DNA from: Tubulanus polymorphus | Taxonomy: Eukaryota; Animalia; Nemertea | Length of the DNA stretch: 64,000 nucleotides | Direction: 5' to 3' | Assembly: GCF_964204645.1 (NCBI RefSeq) | Contig: NC_134027.1 | Coordinates: 2,140,485-2,204,484, forward strand | Notes under the pieces: model-generated | What the model was told of the DNA's origin: nothing | Database searches by the model: none | Seen by the model: the letters and a program-made list of their open reading frames with translations, nothing else | Program-made: the position numbers and the translations under genes | Part shown: in pieces, positions 1 to 11,716 of the stretch | How positions within the stretch are numbered: position 1 is the first letter of the stretch | Layout: every line of letters begins with the position of its first letter

Positions 1-3000
1 ATTATCGACCCATTGTTTTACTTACCAGACATGGAACATTATCGCCGAGAGGCGATGGTGGAGATCGCGATAACACTGCGTATATCATAGGTAATGACTG
101 ACTTCTTTTCCTAAGAAATACGGGTAAATTTGAAAACAAAATTTCACCGGTTTCGATTTCGTGAATATTCGAACTGTCATCATTCATTACCTCGACCTGT
201 CTTTAGTTGCAGTACCATGAAGCGCGAGTTCTTCTAAAACCGTCGCGAATCCTTGTAGAAGTTGAGTGCACAGCGATGTGGCTTCTTTTTGAATTGTTCT
301 TTGAGTGAAGATCTGCAGAAGAATGATGTGATGGGGATACAATAAATGCACTAAAAGGAATTTGGGAGAAAATTCAGTAGAAAATAGACAAATACCTCTG
401 TTTCTTTCTCCTTGATTTTCATGACAACTTCGTGTAAATGTTGAATGGTATCATTGATGATATTCTCAAACAATACAGGCTGAAATATCGAGAAAAGCTC
501 AAATGAATCATGAGAGTGAATTCACTATAACAAACCAGTGAGATCAATCTGTTCTTTACCAATTGAGTTGTTCCTCCAAATTCATCACTAGATTCCACGT
601 CCCACGTTTCCCTCGTGTGTAGATTATGAATATCTATAATATGAAGAAGTGGTCATAATCCATTTATCGCAATCTCAAAGATCATTTAGAGCTGTAATAA
701 TAATATTCTCAATTCCTACCATCAAGGGCTGACTTTAATAGAGTCGTCATGCAATGAGCTCTCATATCAAAAGCTAAATCTTGCAGCACATCTAATGAAT
801 CTCCTGGTAAATCAGTGTTTGTTAGAGACATGACGCAAGACCTTTAATAGAACATAATGGATTGGTCAATTTTCCTAGAAACATTAACCTTCATAACAAT
901 CGATGAAACAACTAAATTGAAAACTCCCACCATGACACGTATTCAGTACTAACCGTACATATCTAACACAATGAGGAAGCCATGCTCCAGGTATATCCAA
1001 TCGGGCATCAGGCCAATAACCAAATATTTCTCTTTTAGTCTTATCCCGTGATAAATTCTCCAGGGTCACTGGCAGAAAGGCAGCTCTCAGTAAATTTGTG
1101 AACAAATTTATGACTTCTTGGATCATTTCCTACCCAGGAATAGAACAGAAAGGGTTAAGATAATAAAAATCCGTTCATTCTATTCACTAAGCTTTTTTCA
1201 CTTGGGTCTAACCTTAAATTGTGCATGTTTGCTCGTATCAACCTTCAGTTTTTGTTCACCAGACTGAAAAGATAAATAGTCAGTGCTTACATTACGAATA
1301 ATAAACAATTCATATAGATACAGATAATATCACAGTACAAACTTCTTTCAGAACAAGTTGTCCAGCGAAATAGGCTTGGCCGAGTTTCCAAAGATCTGGA
1401 AATGTCTCAGTGATAGTAGCAGTCAGTTCTTCTACGAATTGAACTTTCTGTGGAATTCTAACTTGAGATGATGTCGTGTTGTTATTACCACCTACAAAAA
1501 CAAACACGACAAATTGTGTTTGTGAACTGAACAACGCCCATAAACTGCGTGAATTTGTTTTACAAGAATAGAATTATCTGGAAGACGTTGACAAACATCA
1601 TTTACTACTAAAGCATAAAAAACCTACCACAAACACCTGAACAAAAATACATTCAACAATATGCAGTTTTAATAAACCTTGTGTTCAGACAATTATCTAT
1701 TAATTGCAAGTAAGACATCGTGTGTGTGTTTGTGTGCGCGAATAGATTTTTAGCATAGTTTCTAAATTGCAGAGCTTTTTTTATAGTAGATGATTCATGA
1801 GTACGATATTCTTAAAACTACAAATCTTTCATTGAATTGTTATTCAGCCTGCTCAATTATGTGCTACCTAAACTCTACCACAAGTGCATTTACTTTCACT
1901 ACAACACACCTACCCAAACCTAATACGTACATAAATAAAATTGCAATTCTATTTGCATCGCTTTTATATACAACTAATGGAATGTACATTTCACTTTTTA
2001 CTGTGCATGAAAATCGGATACTTTGGAAATTTTAAGATTAATGCAACAGTATGAAAATCTCAAGGCGGGTCGCGTTCAATATTATAATACGTCAAGGCAG
2101 GGAAATATTTCATGGATAGAAAATGAATGGAAAATAAAATTTGCTGGATTTTCTCCTCATGATCTTGATTTAAGCAGCAGCAGTGAAATAAATCCAAATC
2201 TATATGCATTTCTGTGCATACATACCCAGCAACTCACGAGTTGATCCAACACAAATACTATGATGCCGGGGCATAACTGTAATATTATAGTTGTTTTTAA
2301 TACATGTAACACTTAAACAATCTACCTGGAGGGATTAAATTCATGAATGAACACATTTTATGTGTAGCGCATTTTGTTAGCAAGCGTTCCATCAACATCA
2401 CGCATAAAAACCCGATTAAAAAGACAAAATCTCATCTCTAAATCGTATTCATCGAAATAAGAATCTTTGAAAATATCCGTTAAAATGATGACATACCTTT
2501 CCCCAATGGTTTAAAACTACCAGTCGGTACATTCAGGGTAGGTACAGCCAGTTGCCCTTTATACTGTTCTCTATCTGAAAATAACAATTCAGATCCTACA
2601 AATCACGTAACATTCTTTTACAATTCAACGAAAATGAGATGATTATGTTTTGTACATCTCAAGTATTAATAAACAATCCCACAATCGATGACATCTTACA
2701 GATTACTGTTTCTCTGATTTAGTTTAGTCTCAAAACTGTTAAACTTATGGAGCCCTGGAGGTTGACACGGTGAAAAATGTTCCCACGAAAAAATTATTTA
2801 TTTTCACCATGTCACATCCAGGTCTCCGCATAAACTGATAAATCTAAGATATCATTACCGGTAATTGTTGGATTGTTTATTATCTTCCACGCTGAGAATA
2901 AATCATTCTTTACGTCATCTAAAACATTACTAACAATGTTGCATAAGGTAAAGAGTTAAATATGCACATGCAAAATTATGCATATGAAAATACTATAGGG

Positions 3001-6000
3001 TCTAAAGATTCAATATCATTAATGATGCATGTTAAAACGAGGGGATTGTCGTTCGATAGAATGAAATAAGATGACCAGATGAATTTGTGTTAATTCTACC
3101 TAAGACATTCACATTAAGGCAACAGATGTTTTACAATAAACATTCGAAAGCTATATGTAGTATGTCGTTTCACTAAACCGCGCATAGTTCACAGGAAAAT
3201 AGGCAGGTAGAGTTAGGCTTAGCGCAGTCAACATAGGACATTTACAACAATGAAACAAGAAACAAAATCTTCATTTACACAGGACACGATTCTAAACTAA
3301 TGGTGTTACACGTAAATTGGCATTTTACTGATAATTATAGGCAAAATGGTTACGATATTGGTACCTTCAATAACTGCTACTTCATCTCGAGCAGTTGCAT
3401 TTTTAACTGTCAACAAAAAGATAGATTATAAACCATAACAAATCTTTGAGTGAAGTATATAACAAAAACTCTGATTTAACACATAAGAGGTGCAACAGAA
3501 CGATTCTCAATCCATAAATCTAGGCATGTGACTTAAATGAATAGATGAATTAAAAATTCTCCTTCTGTAGGACATTTATTTCAATGAAGACATCTAGCTA
3601 TTATCAGGTAAAATCATTCCACCTGATGATGGCCGCAGTCACCAGCTGAAATGTTGTGGTTTTGTTTTAATAAACATTCTAAATTTTATCTGTGTGCTGT
3701 ATATGTTCATTATCTTAGAATAGTAAATATAAATTCACCTGCACTTAAATGTCCTTCTTTACAGTCCAACATCAGATCCGTCAGCCATTTCTGTTGATGG
3801 ATAAGACATTCCCAGGCTGGATCACCGCGCTGTTCTAAGTTTACTAGATACCTAAAACATACAAAACAGCGTGCAATTTACACACCTACAATAGATTATC
3901 ATACTCTTCAAAGCAATCCTTCAACAGATCTGAAATACCTGATCAGTTTCTTTTGTTCTTCTAGAGTCGATGGAAATTTCAGTAGTTTAGAATGTAACAT
4001 CTTTCGGAAGTCTGATATGCGTTTTTCAACCTCTTCATAAACTGTAAAACAAGTTCTTTTAATAGAGAATTCGCTGAATGTAAAAACAGCTTCTCCTCAA
4101 TCAAAGTACGTTTCCAGATCGAATATTGTACCTTTTTTGAATATGGGTACTTCAGTCTGGCCAAACAGCGACCTTGCACGAAGATAATCATTAATAACAA
4201 GATCATAGTCACCCTGGAACAATAGATAGTATTTTCATATGAATAATGCAGGCATCTCATGCATTTTAACCCCAGTTATCACTGACCTTTTTAATATTTT
4301 TATCAATGCTACACGGTAAATTGAAGAGAAATTTGAAACGTTGTAAAACGCTGAGAGCGTTACGAGTTGCATCAGCTCGATCTTTCCTGCCGAGCACCTC
4401 TTGGAACAGAACATTCGCACACTCATTACTCTCTGAAATTAAAATCCATTGATGATTCATTCTGTTTCTAATAAGAAATGGATGAATAGTTGCTGCTTTC
4501 CTCAATTCATTTTTGAGTCTCACAATAAATCTCATTGAATTTTTATAGAATTTATCAATATACACTGATTGTAATCATACCTTAGTTTGTTTAATAGCGT
4601 TTTGTTTTGTTTTATAGTTAAGTGCAGACTTTTTATCGAATTTATCAATATATACAAGTAGACTGATTGTAATCATACCTTAGTTTGTTTAATGGCGAGT
4701 CTGGAAGTGCAGACTTATGCCCTGCTTGAATCAATAACATGGATTCACTGGGGTTTAGACCCTGTATCTATGTTTAAAACTATATAAGTCACTTACTCGC
4801 AAGCAGAAGTTCCAATCTATCAGTGAGTGAAGATCCCTTCTGACTGGTTTCATCTTCTAGTAATTTCCTATGCATCGCTGAAAGGTTAAATAAATAATTA
4901 TTTCAATTTTCTTTTAGTTGATATGGTATAATTGTATTATGTTAAAGGATTGCAAATACAATGTTCGATGACCATACCTTCAAGTGTATCCAAACAATCC
5001 ATAAAAGTTGTCAAATTAGCTTTTACAAATGATAAAGGACCTTCTGATCGATGGGATGACTTGTTCTTGAGAAAAGTTAAACCATCTTTAAGAAATTCAA
5101 ATCTGTAAATAAAGAAAAATATTGATGTCGTTTCATCAGTTAGAAATACAATAAAACTGATATATCTATGAATTTGAGAATTGATTGAGCTCACTTTGTT
5201 CCGTGATGATTTTCTAATAGAAACCAAACAGGATCGAAATTTTCTTGACAAACATTTCCAGAACCTACAGTTGATAATATTGAATACCATTGCAACAACA
5301 TGTTGCATATACTGTACATGAAATAATATGATCGATCAATGCTTACCATCCGGAAAAAGATCTTGCAATTCTTCTTCAGAGAATTTACCCCTTAACAAAG
5401 CGTCAACAAAAACTTGATAGTTTGACGTATGAACAAATGATTCTGGATATATTGATATTGAGTTGATATCATTTGGTAAATATTTGAAGATGTTTTTGTA
5501 CTCACGTGTTTGCCCCTTCATCAGATATTCCTAGAGGATCTTCTTGAACTTTCATTATTGGAGATGACGGACGATTTCTGCCAATAACGGGAACAATCGT
5601 TTTCGATTCATCGATCCAAACATTTGACTCCTGTAGCGGTCCTGAAAAACCAAATCAATCGGCATCAGAAGAAATGATCATTGATTCAATTTCCAAGTTT
5701 TTCTGAGTACTTCATGGGGTATTTTTTCAATCTTCCCAAATGGAAATGGGCCTCCGTAAAGTGAACATACAATCATACTACAGAGAAGTCAAGAATTTTA
5801 TGGTGACTAGCTGATAAAGGTGATTTTCGAGAAAAATTGTCGAAGAAAAGTTGCCCTTGGCAAATGCTACATGACATGTAAAATGAATTTCAAACATATT
5901 CTCCAGAGATAAGAGAAAAATTTATCAAATTCCAAATATTTCGAACCAGGAAATATCAATTCAAGATTCCCAAGTTTCTCCAATTAAGTCAAGTTAAGTG

Positions 6001-6643
6001 GTAACTATGTTTGAATAACAAATAAGACAGGTTTTAGTGATTAACGCTAAATGAAGATTGTTTATTTGGTGCTATAAGCAGCACGTTTATACATAAAGTC
6101 AATCCTTACCAATTTTCACTGAAATTCCTTTAAAAGTAACCGTACACGTGCCACACCCTCCTGATTTAGTTGTTATAATTACTTCTCCGATGGCCCTCGC
6201 CAAACCAGTTCGAGCTTTGATTTTGTTGGGAGCATTCCATTCGGCTGACATTATACATTCAACACCACATATCAGAATACCTATAGTGCACACAGGAATG
6301 GGACAATACAGTGAATAACAACATTAACTCACAAGTGAAGTCCTGTCTATAAATCAGTTGATGAAAAACCCATGATAATGAAGAAACATTACAGAGAGCA
6401 TTCGTGTCATTAAAAGGTCGGCCATCTTAGACTTAGGTCTGATCTACAGCAGCTCAAAGTAACAATCGTTTTCTTTTTTGTCTCTAATCCGGACATACAT
6501 TCCCTTCATGATCTGGTTGGTTTAGTAAACTTACTGATAAGATCCCTTTGGTCGCGTCCGAGATTTTCACCGCGTAGCGTTACCTTCGTACCAGGAGGAC
6601 CTTCTTTAGGAGATATACCAGTAACAATCGGTGCAGCCATCAT
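1..6643 (-). CDS. EXOC2: Exocyst complex component 2 (Sec5), multi-exon, 3' part outside the window
   Basis: ATG at 6643. Exons 6643-6535 ([29 protein letters not shown]) and 6280-6110 ([25 protein letters not shown]) form the Sec5 IPT domain. Later exons include [28 protein letters not shown] and [12 protein letters not shown]. Introns are GT-AG. Confidence 0.97.
2746..2832. mobile_element. Small hairpin MITE remnant (TAYGGA-type ends) in an EXOC2 intron
   Basis: tatggagccctggaggttgacacggtgaaaa is an imperfect inverted repeat of ttttcaccatgtcacatccaggtctccgcata. Confidence 0.6.
3619..3700 (+). ncRNA. Decayed Penelope-type minimal hammerhead ribozyme / pLTR fragment
   Basis: CCAC-CTGATGA-t-GGC..GCT-GAAA-tGTT-GTGG (3619-3659) followed by AATAAA. 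A partial inverted copy (cagctgaaacgttatgg..aataaa) lies near 53895-53935. Confidence 0.6.
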
Positions 6644-8584
6644 CCAAACCTCTAAAACTAAATCTATAGGGTTAAAACTGCAAACATTATTTATTATTGC
6701 AATGTAATGTTATGATGATGTATTGATTGATTATTGCTTGAGATCGAGATCAAAAACATTTTGTGTCAGGCTCTAGGGCTAATGTCTATTTATTAATGGA
6801 TGAGACCTGTTTTTCTGGGATGATATTTTGCTTACTTTTTTGTTTTGGGGTATAATATACATCATTTATGACGTCTTGACTTAACAGAATGCCAAAAATC
6901 GCATAACATATGCTCTCACCTTCTTGGGATAAATTTGTCTAAATTGTAAATTTAACAAGTAAGCATCAAACACGTATCTCATCTGAGTACTCTGGGTATA
7001 GTATAGTACAGTGTGATTTAGATTTATAGATCTCATCGGGTTTCTTGTTGATTGAAATTGAATTTCATCCACGAAATTAGTTGAGTCGCGCGCTCAGATC
7101 CTACTGTCGCATTCACCCAATTATATTCAATTCAAGATTTTATTGCTCATTGTGTTTTACAAATGAAATCGGATTGTACGAAATATAGTTAAGAAAAATA
7201 ACAACATTAGATCTAACTGCAAAAATACACTATAATGAAAAATACACAAATACACAAGAAAAATCGAGTTAAAAAGTCAACCTTCTTCGTAGACTGGTTG
7301 CCTGTCCCCAGTCTACATAATGTTTGGACGCTAACAGGGAAGCGCTCCGGGTTGGAGCTTCTTGTCAATACTAACCTAATGGCTTTGCTCCATTGACTAG
7401 AAATACATGAAGTAGCCTTTTCCTTGCACCTGTAATTCTCACACGCTAGACATTTTTTCGGCTAATAAAGATTTTTATCAGTTTAAAGCCGTGAACGCAT
7501 TCGCTTCCATGTGACACGAGGCATGACTGACAAGAAGGTGCAATGGACAATTCTACTATGGAAGACGGCATGCCAGTTCCCATTTGCTAGTTGTCAAATG
7601 CCACTTGCTAGTTGAAGATTTTTTCGATCCGTTCACGCTAGCGCCACCTCAATATATGTTTCCTTAAAGATATTTACCATAAGGCAAATCTATCACGTCA
7701 AATTAAATTTGATTTTAAGTAAAAAAAAAATCCCAAAATATTGTATTACTGGTTTCAAACATGTTTTCTCATGACAAAATAACACCTTGCTAAATGACAG
7801 GTATTTAATCGAGGAATTATCTGGTAAGTTCCTAGTAAACAAATGAACTGCACTTTAAAAACAGCTCAACATAAAAGAGACAAATCCTACTAAGTCATCC
7901 TGGAAAGCTTAGTATTAACTTAACGTTCTAAATTTCATTTTCATTAAAATCATTTTTACTAGACAACTAGAATTTTCGCTGCACCTTGTCTTAACTAAAG
8001 ATTTTCAAACATTATCAGTTCACTCATTTAATTCAATGTTATTTAAGGGAAAACATGACAATAATTTTTCTATCGATAACTAATCATGTTTATAGCTGTT
8101 TAACATTCTTTCTAAAAAAGAGTAAAATGTATCTACTCCCAGATATTATCCCTAAAACAATTAACAGTAACAGCAGTGATAGGGTGTGATATATAGGTAA
8201 AAGGACGAGTGATCTTTCATCAGCTATTCGAAGCATTCTATCGAATCAGTTATTTTTTAGTGTGTTTGATTTAGTTACGGTTTATGGTTATTTGTTTTGT
8301 TTATTACTAACTGATCCGATAGAACACTTAAAACAACAACAGAAAAGATCTCAAGAGGTTGGGAAACACGGAGAAGGTTGTTCTATGAAAGAAGAACCTT
8401 TAATAATTAGATTAAGTTGATAGGAAAAAATTCCTGATGACGGAGCCCTATATTAACTTATTGTTTGTTGGTTTTGTTTATTTTTTTATTACTTATAGTT
8501 TTATTGGTTTTTTTATATCATTTATTTTGTTATGAAGTTTTGTTTATTTTTTTTAATTATGTTCTCTGTATTTTGTAAAAAATA

Positions 8585-10060
8585 CCAGTAATTACTGGTT
8601 TCAAACCCGGGACACCCCTAGTGTACATCCTCTATCTATTCAGCAGTAAATCACCCATGATCCCGCCCTACCAGCTTATCACCCCATAGCCCGACCCTGC
8701 TTGTCGCCCCTGACCTGCAAAAAAACGGGACAACCCTGTATATCCTCTATTCAGCATCAGGACCACTCTGAATCAGTGTCAGTAATTACTAGGTTTCAAA
8801 CCCGGGACACCCCTGCACATCCTCTATTCAGCAGTAAATCACCCATGATCCCGACCTTCCAGTTAATCACCCCATAGCCCGACCCTACCAGTAAATCACC
8901 CATAGCCCGACCCTGCCAGTTGCCCCTGGCCCAGGTATAAATTACATCGTTTGCGCGAACTTGCGCGGGATGTTGGCGCGGTCGACCAGGGAGGGATTCG
9001 AACCTGGTTTTCATCGAGATTGCCACTGTATACACTGGTTGCCTGTCCCATTCAATATTGGTAGAGACCGGTAACCAGTCTACCTTCTTCGGGGCCGACG
9101 AGGGCCGGGCGCCGGGGCGGGGCGGTGATCGAGATGGAATTGTGTATTTTGATAAAATCTCGAGCATCAAAGTTATAAGTCGACCCTTACCTCGGGACCA
9201 CAAATTTGTTTTGTCAAACCGTGGCCATTTTGATTGTGGCAAGCGGGGATTCGGGATCGGTGTCCGCAGGTCCGGTTCGGTGTCAAGTGACCGTCGTGAA
9301 GTGAGCACTGTGGATTCGGTAGCGGTATCACTCGATTCAAATTTATTTCATCACTCGATTCAAATTTATTATAAATTTTTTAGAAGTTTTTAATGTGTAT
9401 TTTTTGCACTGTTATTGAATAAAAAGATATTTTACGTTAAAATAAAATTATGAATATACAACTTATTTCATCAATTTCATTTGTAGTTGTTATTGTACGG
9501 ACACGGAACCGGACTCGGCGGTAACGTACACGGTTGTCCATCTTCACCCGTCAAGGGATTCGGCTAACCTGGTGGAAGCGAGTTCGGGAGTGATACCGGA
9601 CCCCTGGCAAGCGAGGATGTAATAGACTGAGCGCCTAGACTGGTTGCCTGTTGATGCTATGATGAACTTGTATCCGGATGACATCCGGATGATCGCGTGA
9701 TCGATGAACGAGTGTAATTGGAGACATCCGGACGCGTCCGGATTGAATAGAGTCCGCGTCTCAGAGAGTGGTCCTGATGCTGAATAGAGGATGTACAGGG
9801 GTGTCCCGGGTTCGAATCCAGTAATTACTGATACTGGTTCAGAGTGGGCCTGAGATGCTGGAACAGGGGTGTCTCCCGGGTTTGAACCCGGCCGGGTACT
9901 GTCCGAGAGTGGTACTGATGCTAAATAGAGGATGTACAGGGGTGTCCCGGGTACGAACCCAATAATTACTGAAAGTGGTTCACGAATGGCCGTGATGCTG
10001 AATAGAGGATGTACTCTGGGGTGTCCCGGGTTCGAACCGTGTAAATACTGGTTCGAAACC
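8585..10060. repeat. GC-rich inverted-repeat block: arms 8585-8830 and 9760-10060 built from tandem units with a B-box-like GGTTCGAA(T/A)CC
   Basis: aaacccgggacacccctg..catcctctattcagca on the left versus tgctgaatagaggatgtacaggggtgtcccgggttcga on the right (3-4 copies each). GC boxes at ~9090-9126. Confidence 0.85.
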
Positions 10061-10544
10061 ATACATATTTTAACCGTCAAGTGCTGCCCCTATGCATATC
10101 GTTGACGGTGAATATATGAACTAACTTATTACTCGCGCGCCGCAGTAGGAATCAGTTAATTCACAAATTTACCGTTTATTATACACATAGGGGCAGCACC
10201 CAACAGTAAATGACCGACTGTATGTACTGAATAAGAATCGAATAGATTCGTAATTAAGAGTGAGAGCCATCACAGGTTTCACTCACTCACACTACTGATC
10301 ACATTTTGGGGCTGCTCTTATTGGCGTTTCAAATTATACCCTCTGAAATTACATCCATCATCCGAAATATTTCTGTAGGTTTTAAACATGGGTCAGTGGT
10401 GCTGTAATCTTTTTCCTAAATTCATGATCCACTAAAATTATTTCATCTTCAAATCAATATCACCGAGTAGGCCACCCCTCATCACAATCTGAAATATTAG
10501 AAAAAAGAAACAGACTTGGGGCAAATTACCAAAAGCGTATGTTC

Positions 10545-10613
10545 GCTATGGCAGGACTCGAAACTGTGGTCTCCGGTGTTCCAGGCGAGATTTCTAACCA
10601 CTAGACCATAGAT
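10545..10613 (-). pseudogene. tRNA-like sequence (pseudo-tRNA or SINE head)
   Basis: Minus strand reads ctatggtctagtggttagaaatctcgcctggaacaccggagaccacagtttcgagtcctgccatagc: A-box TGGTCTAGTGG and a degenerate B-box; stems are imperfect. Confidence 0.6.
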
Positions 10614-10869
10614 CGGTGGTAACAACTCGTGTGTGTAAGTTTGTCTCGTATGTGATTTCGTATGTGTTCAGTTTGCTTAAAATCGATTTTCAGAATGCAT
10701 CTTAAACAGTTTGTCAAACAGATTAAGTTAAACAGATAACTGGGGTAAACTGAGGACACATCAGTGGAATATTAATTGAATTTGCGTGTATTCGAACCAA
10801 ATGGAATTTTTTGTGGCGTTGATCAGGTTCGAATCCCACCAGAAAATGATTTTCTAAACTTGGCGGTAA

Positions 10870-10971
10870 TATTGGTACTTCTCATTGGCCAGGATCAGTG
10901 ACGTCACACTGTTGGTATAAAAACTCAGGTCAGCTGATCCCTCTTTCCAGTTCGGCCATTTTCAGGTAAGC
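10870..10971 (+). promoter_or_regulatory. RNA polymerase II promoter with a short non-coding first exon
   Basis: Inverted CCAAT (10871, 10884), full CRE TGACGTCA (10899), TATAAAAA (10916), Inr-like CCAGTT (10947), YY1-like GGCCATTTT and donor CAG|GTAAGC (10965/10966), in canonical order and spacing. Confidence 0.8.
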
Positions 10972-11716
10972 AAAACGTCATCCATTTTATTTAATTCTTT
11001 CGATCAAATTTATTTATCAATCTTACTTGTAAATTTTTTACATATAGACCTTAGGTTTCGCATACGGCTTTATGTAAGACAATTTCAAGAGTTCCGAAAG
11101 TTCGGATTATATTATCTAGGTGTTTAATTATGACATTTCCATTTTGACGTTCCTTTTGCTCTAAATTGTCCAAATGGTGTTTTTAACATTTAGAAGTAAA
11201 TTACAACATTTGATTTGCAATTTCGCTCTCGTAATAATGAAGACGTTATTGTGATTTTATTGAGGAAACTATACAATTTATTTATGAAATTTTCGGAATC
11301 AGTTTATATGGTGTTCAAATCGACGCGCTAAAGCGGCTAGTTGACATGCCTAGGTGTAATACACAGACAGCTCAGTCTATTCAACCATGACTCGAATCCA
11401 TAGAAACCTTTCATTCGAAGCGTCGTTCAACTTAATTCTGGTGGCTTCTATATTTAATATTTAGAAAATTATGATACCCAATAATTTAACGTTAATTATT
11501 ATTATTACTTAATAGAAACTCGATTTAGCTATTTCTTAGAGTCAATAATTTTTGATTTTCTTGATTTTAATAAGATTGTTTTTACATTGCAGTAGCAGCA
11601 GCAGCATCAACAGCAGCAGTTAAAAAAGCAACAGTTATAAAAGCAACAGCAGCAGTACAACGACAACTACAACAATTACAACTTCAACAATTAAAACTTG
11701 AACTTCAACTTTGAAT

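Noticed and set aside
6848-6866. ataatatac resembling the adenovirus core origin
   Set aside because: It lies upstream of the EXOC2 start codon, outside the island, and lacks the terminal CATCAT context; a chance AT-rich match.
8796-10080. ORFs of 170, 111 and 178 aa
   Set aside because: They overlap GC-rich inverted and tandem repeats and contain no recognisable domain.
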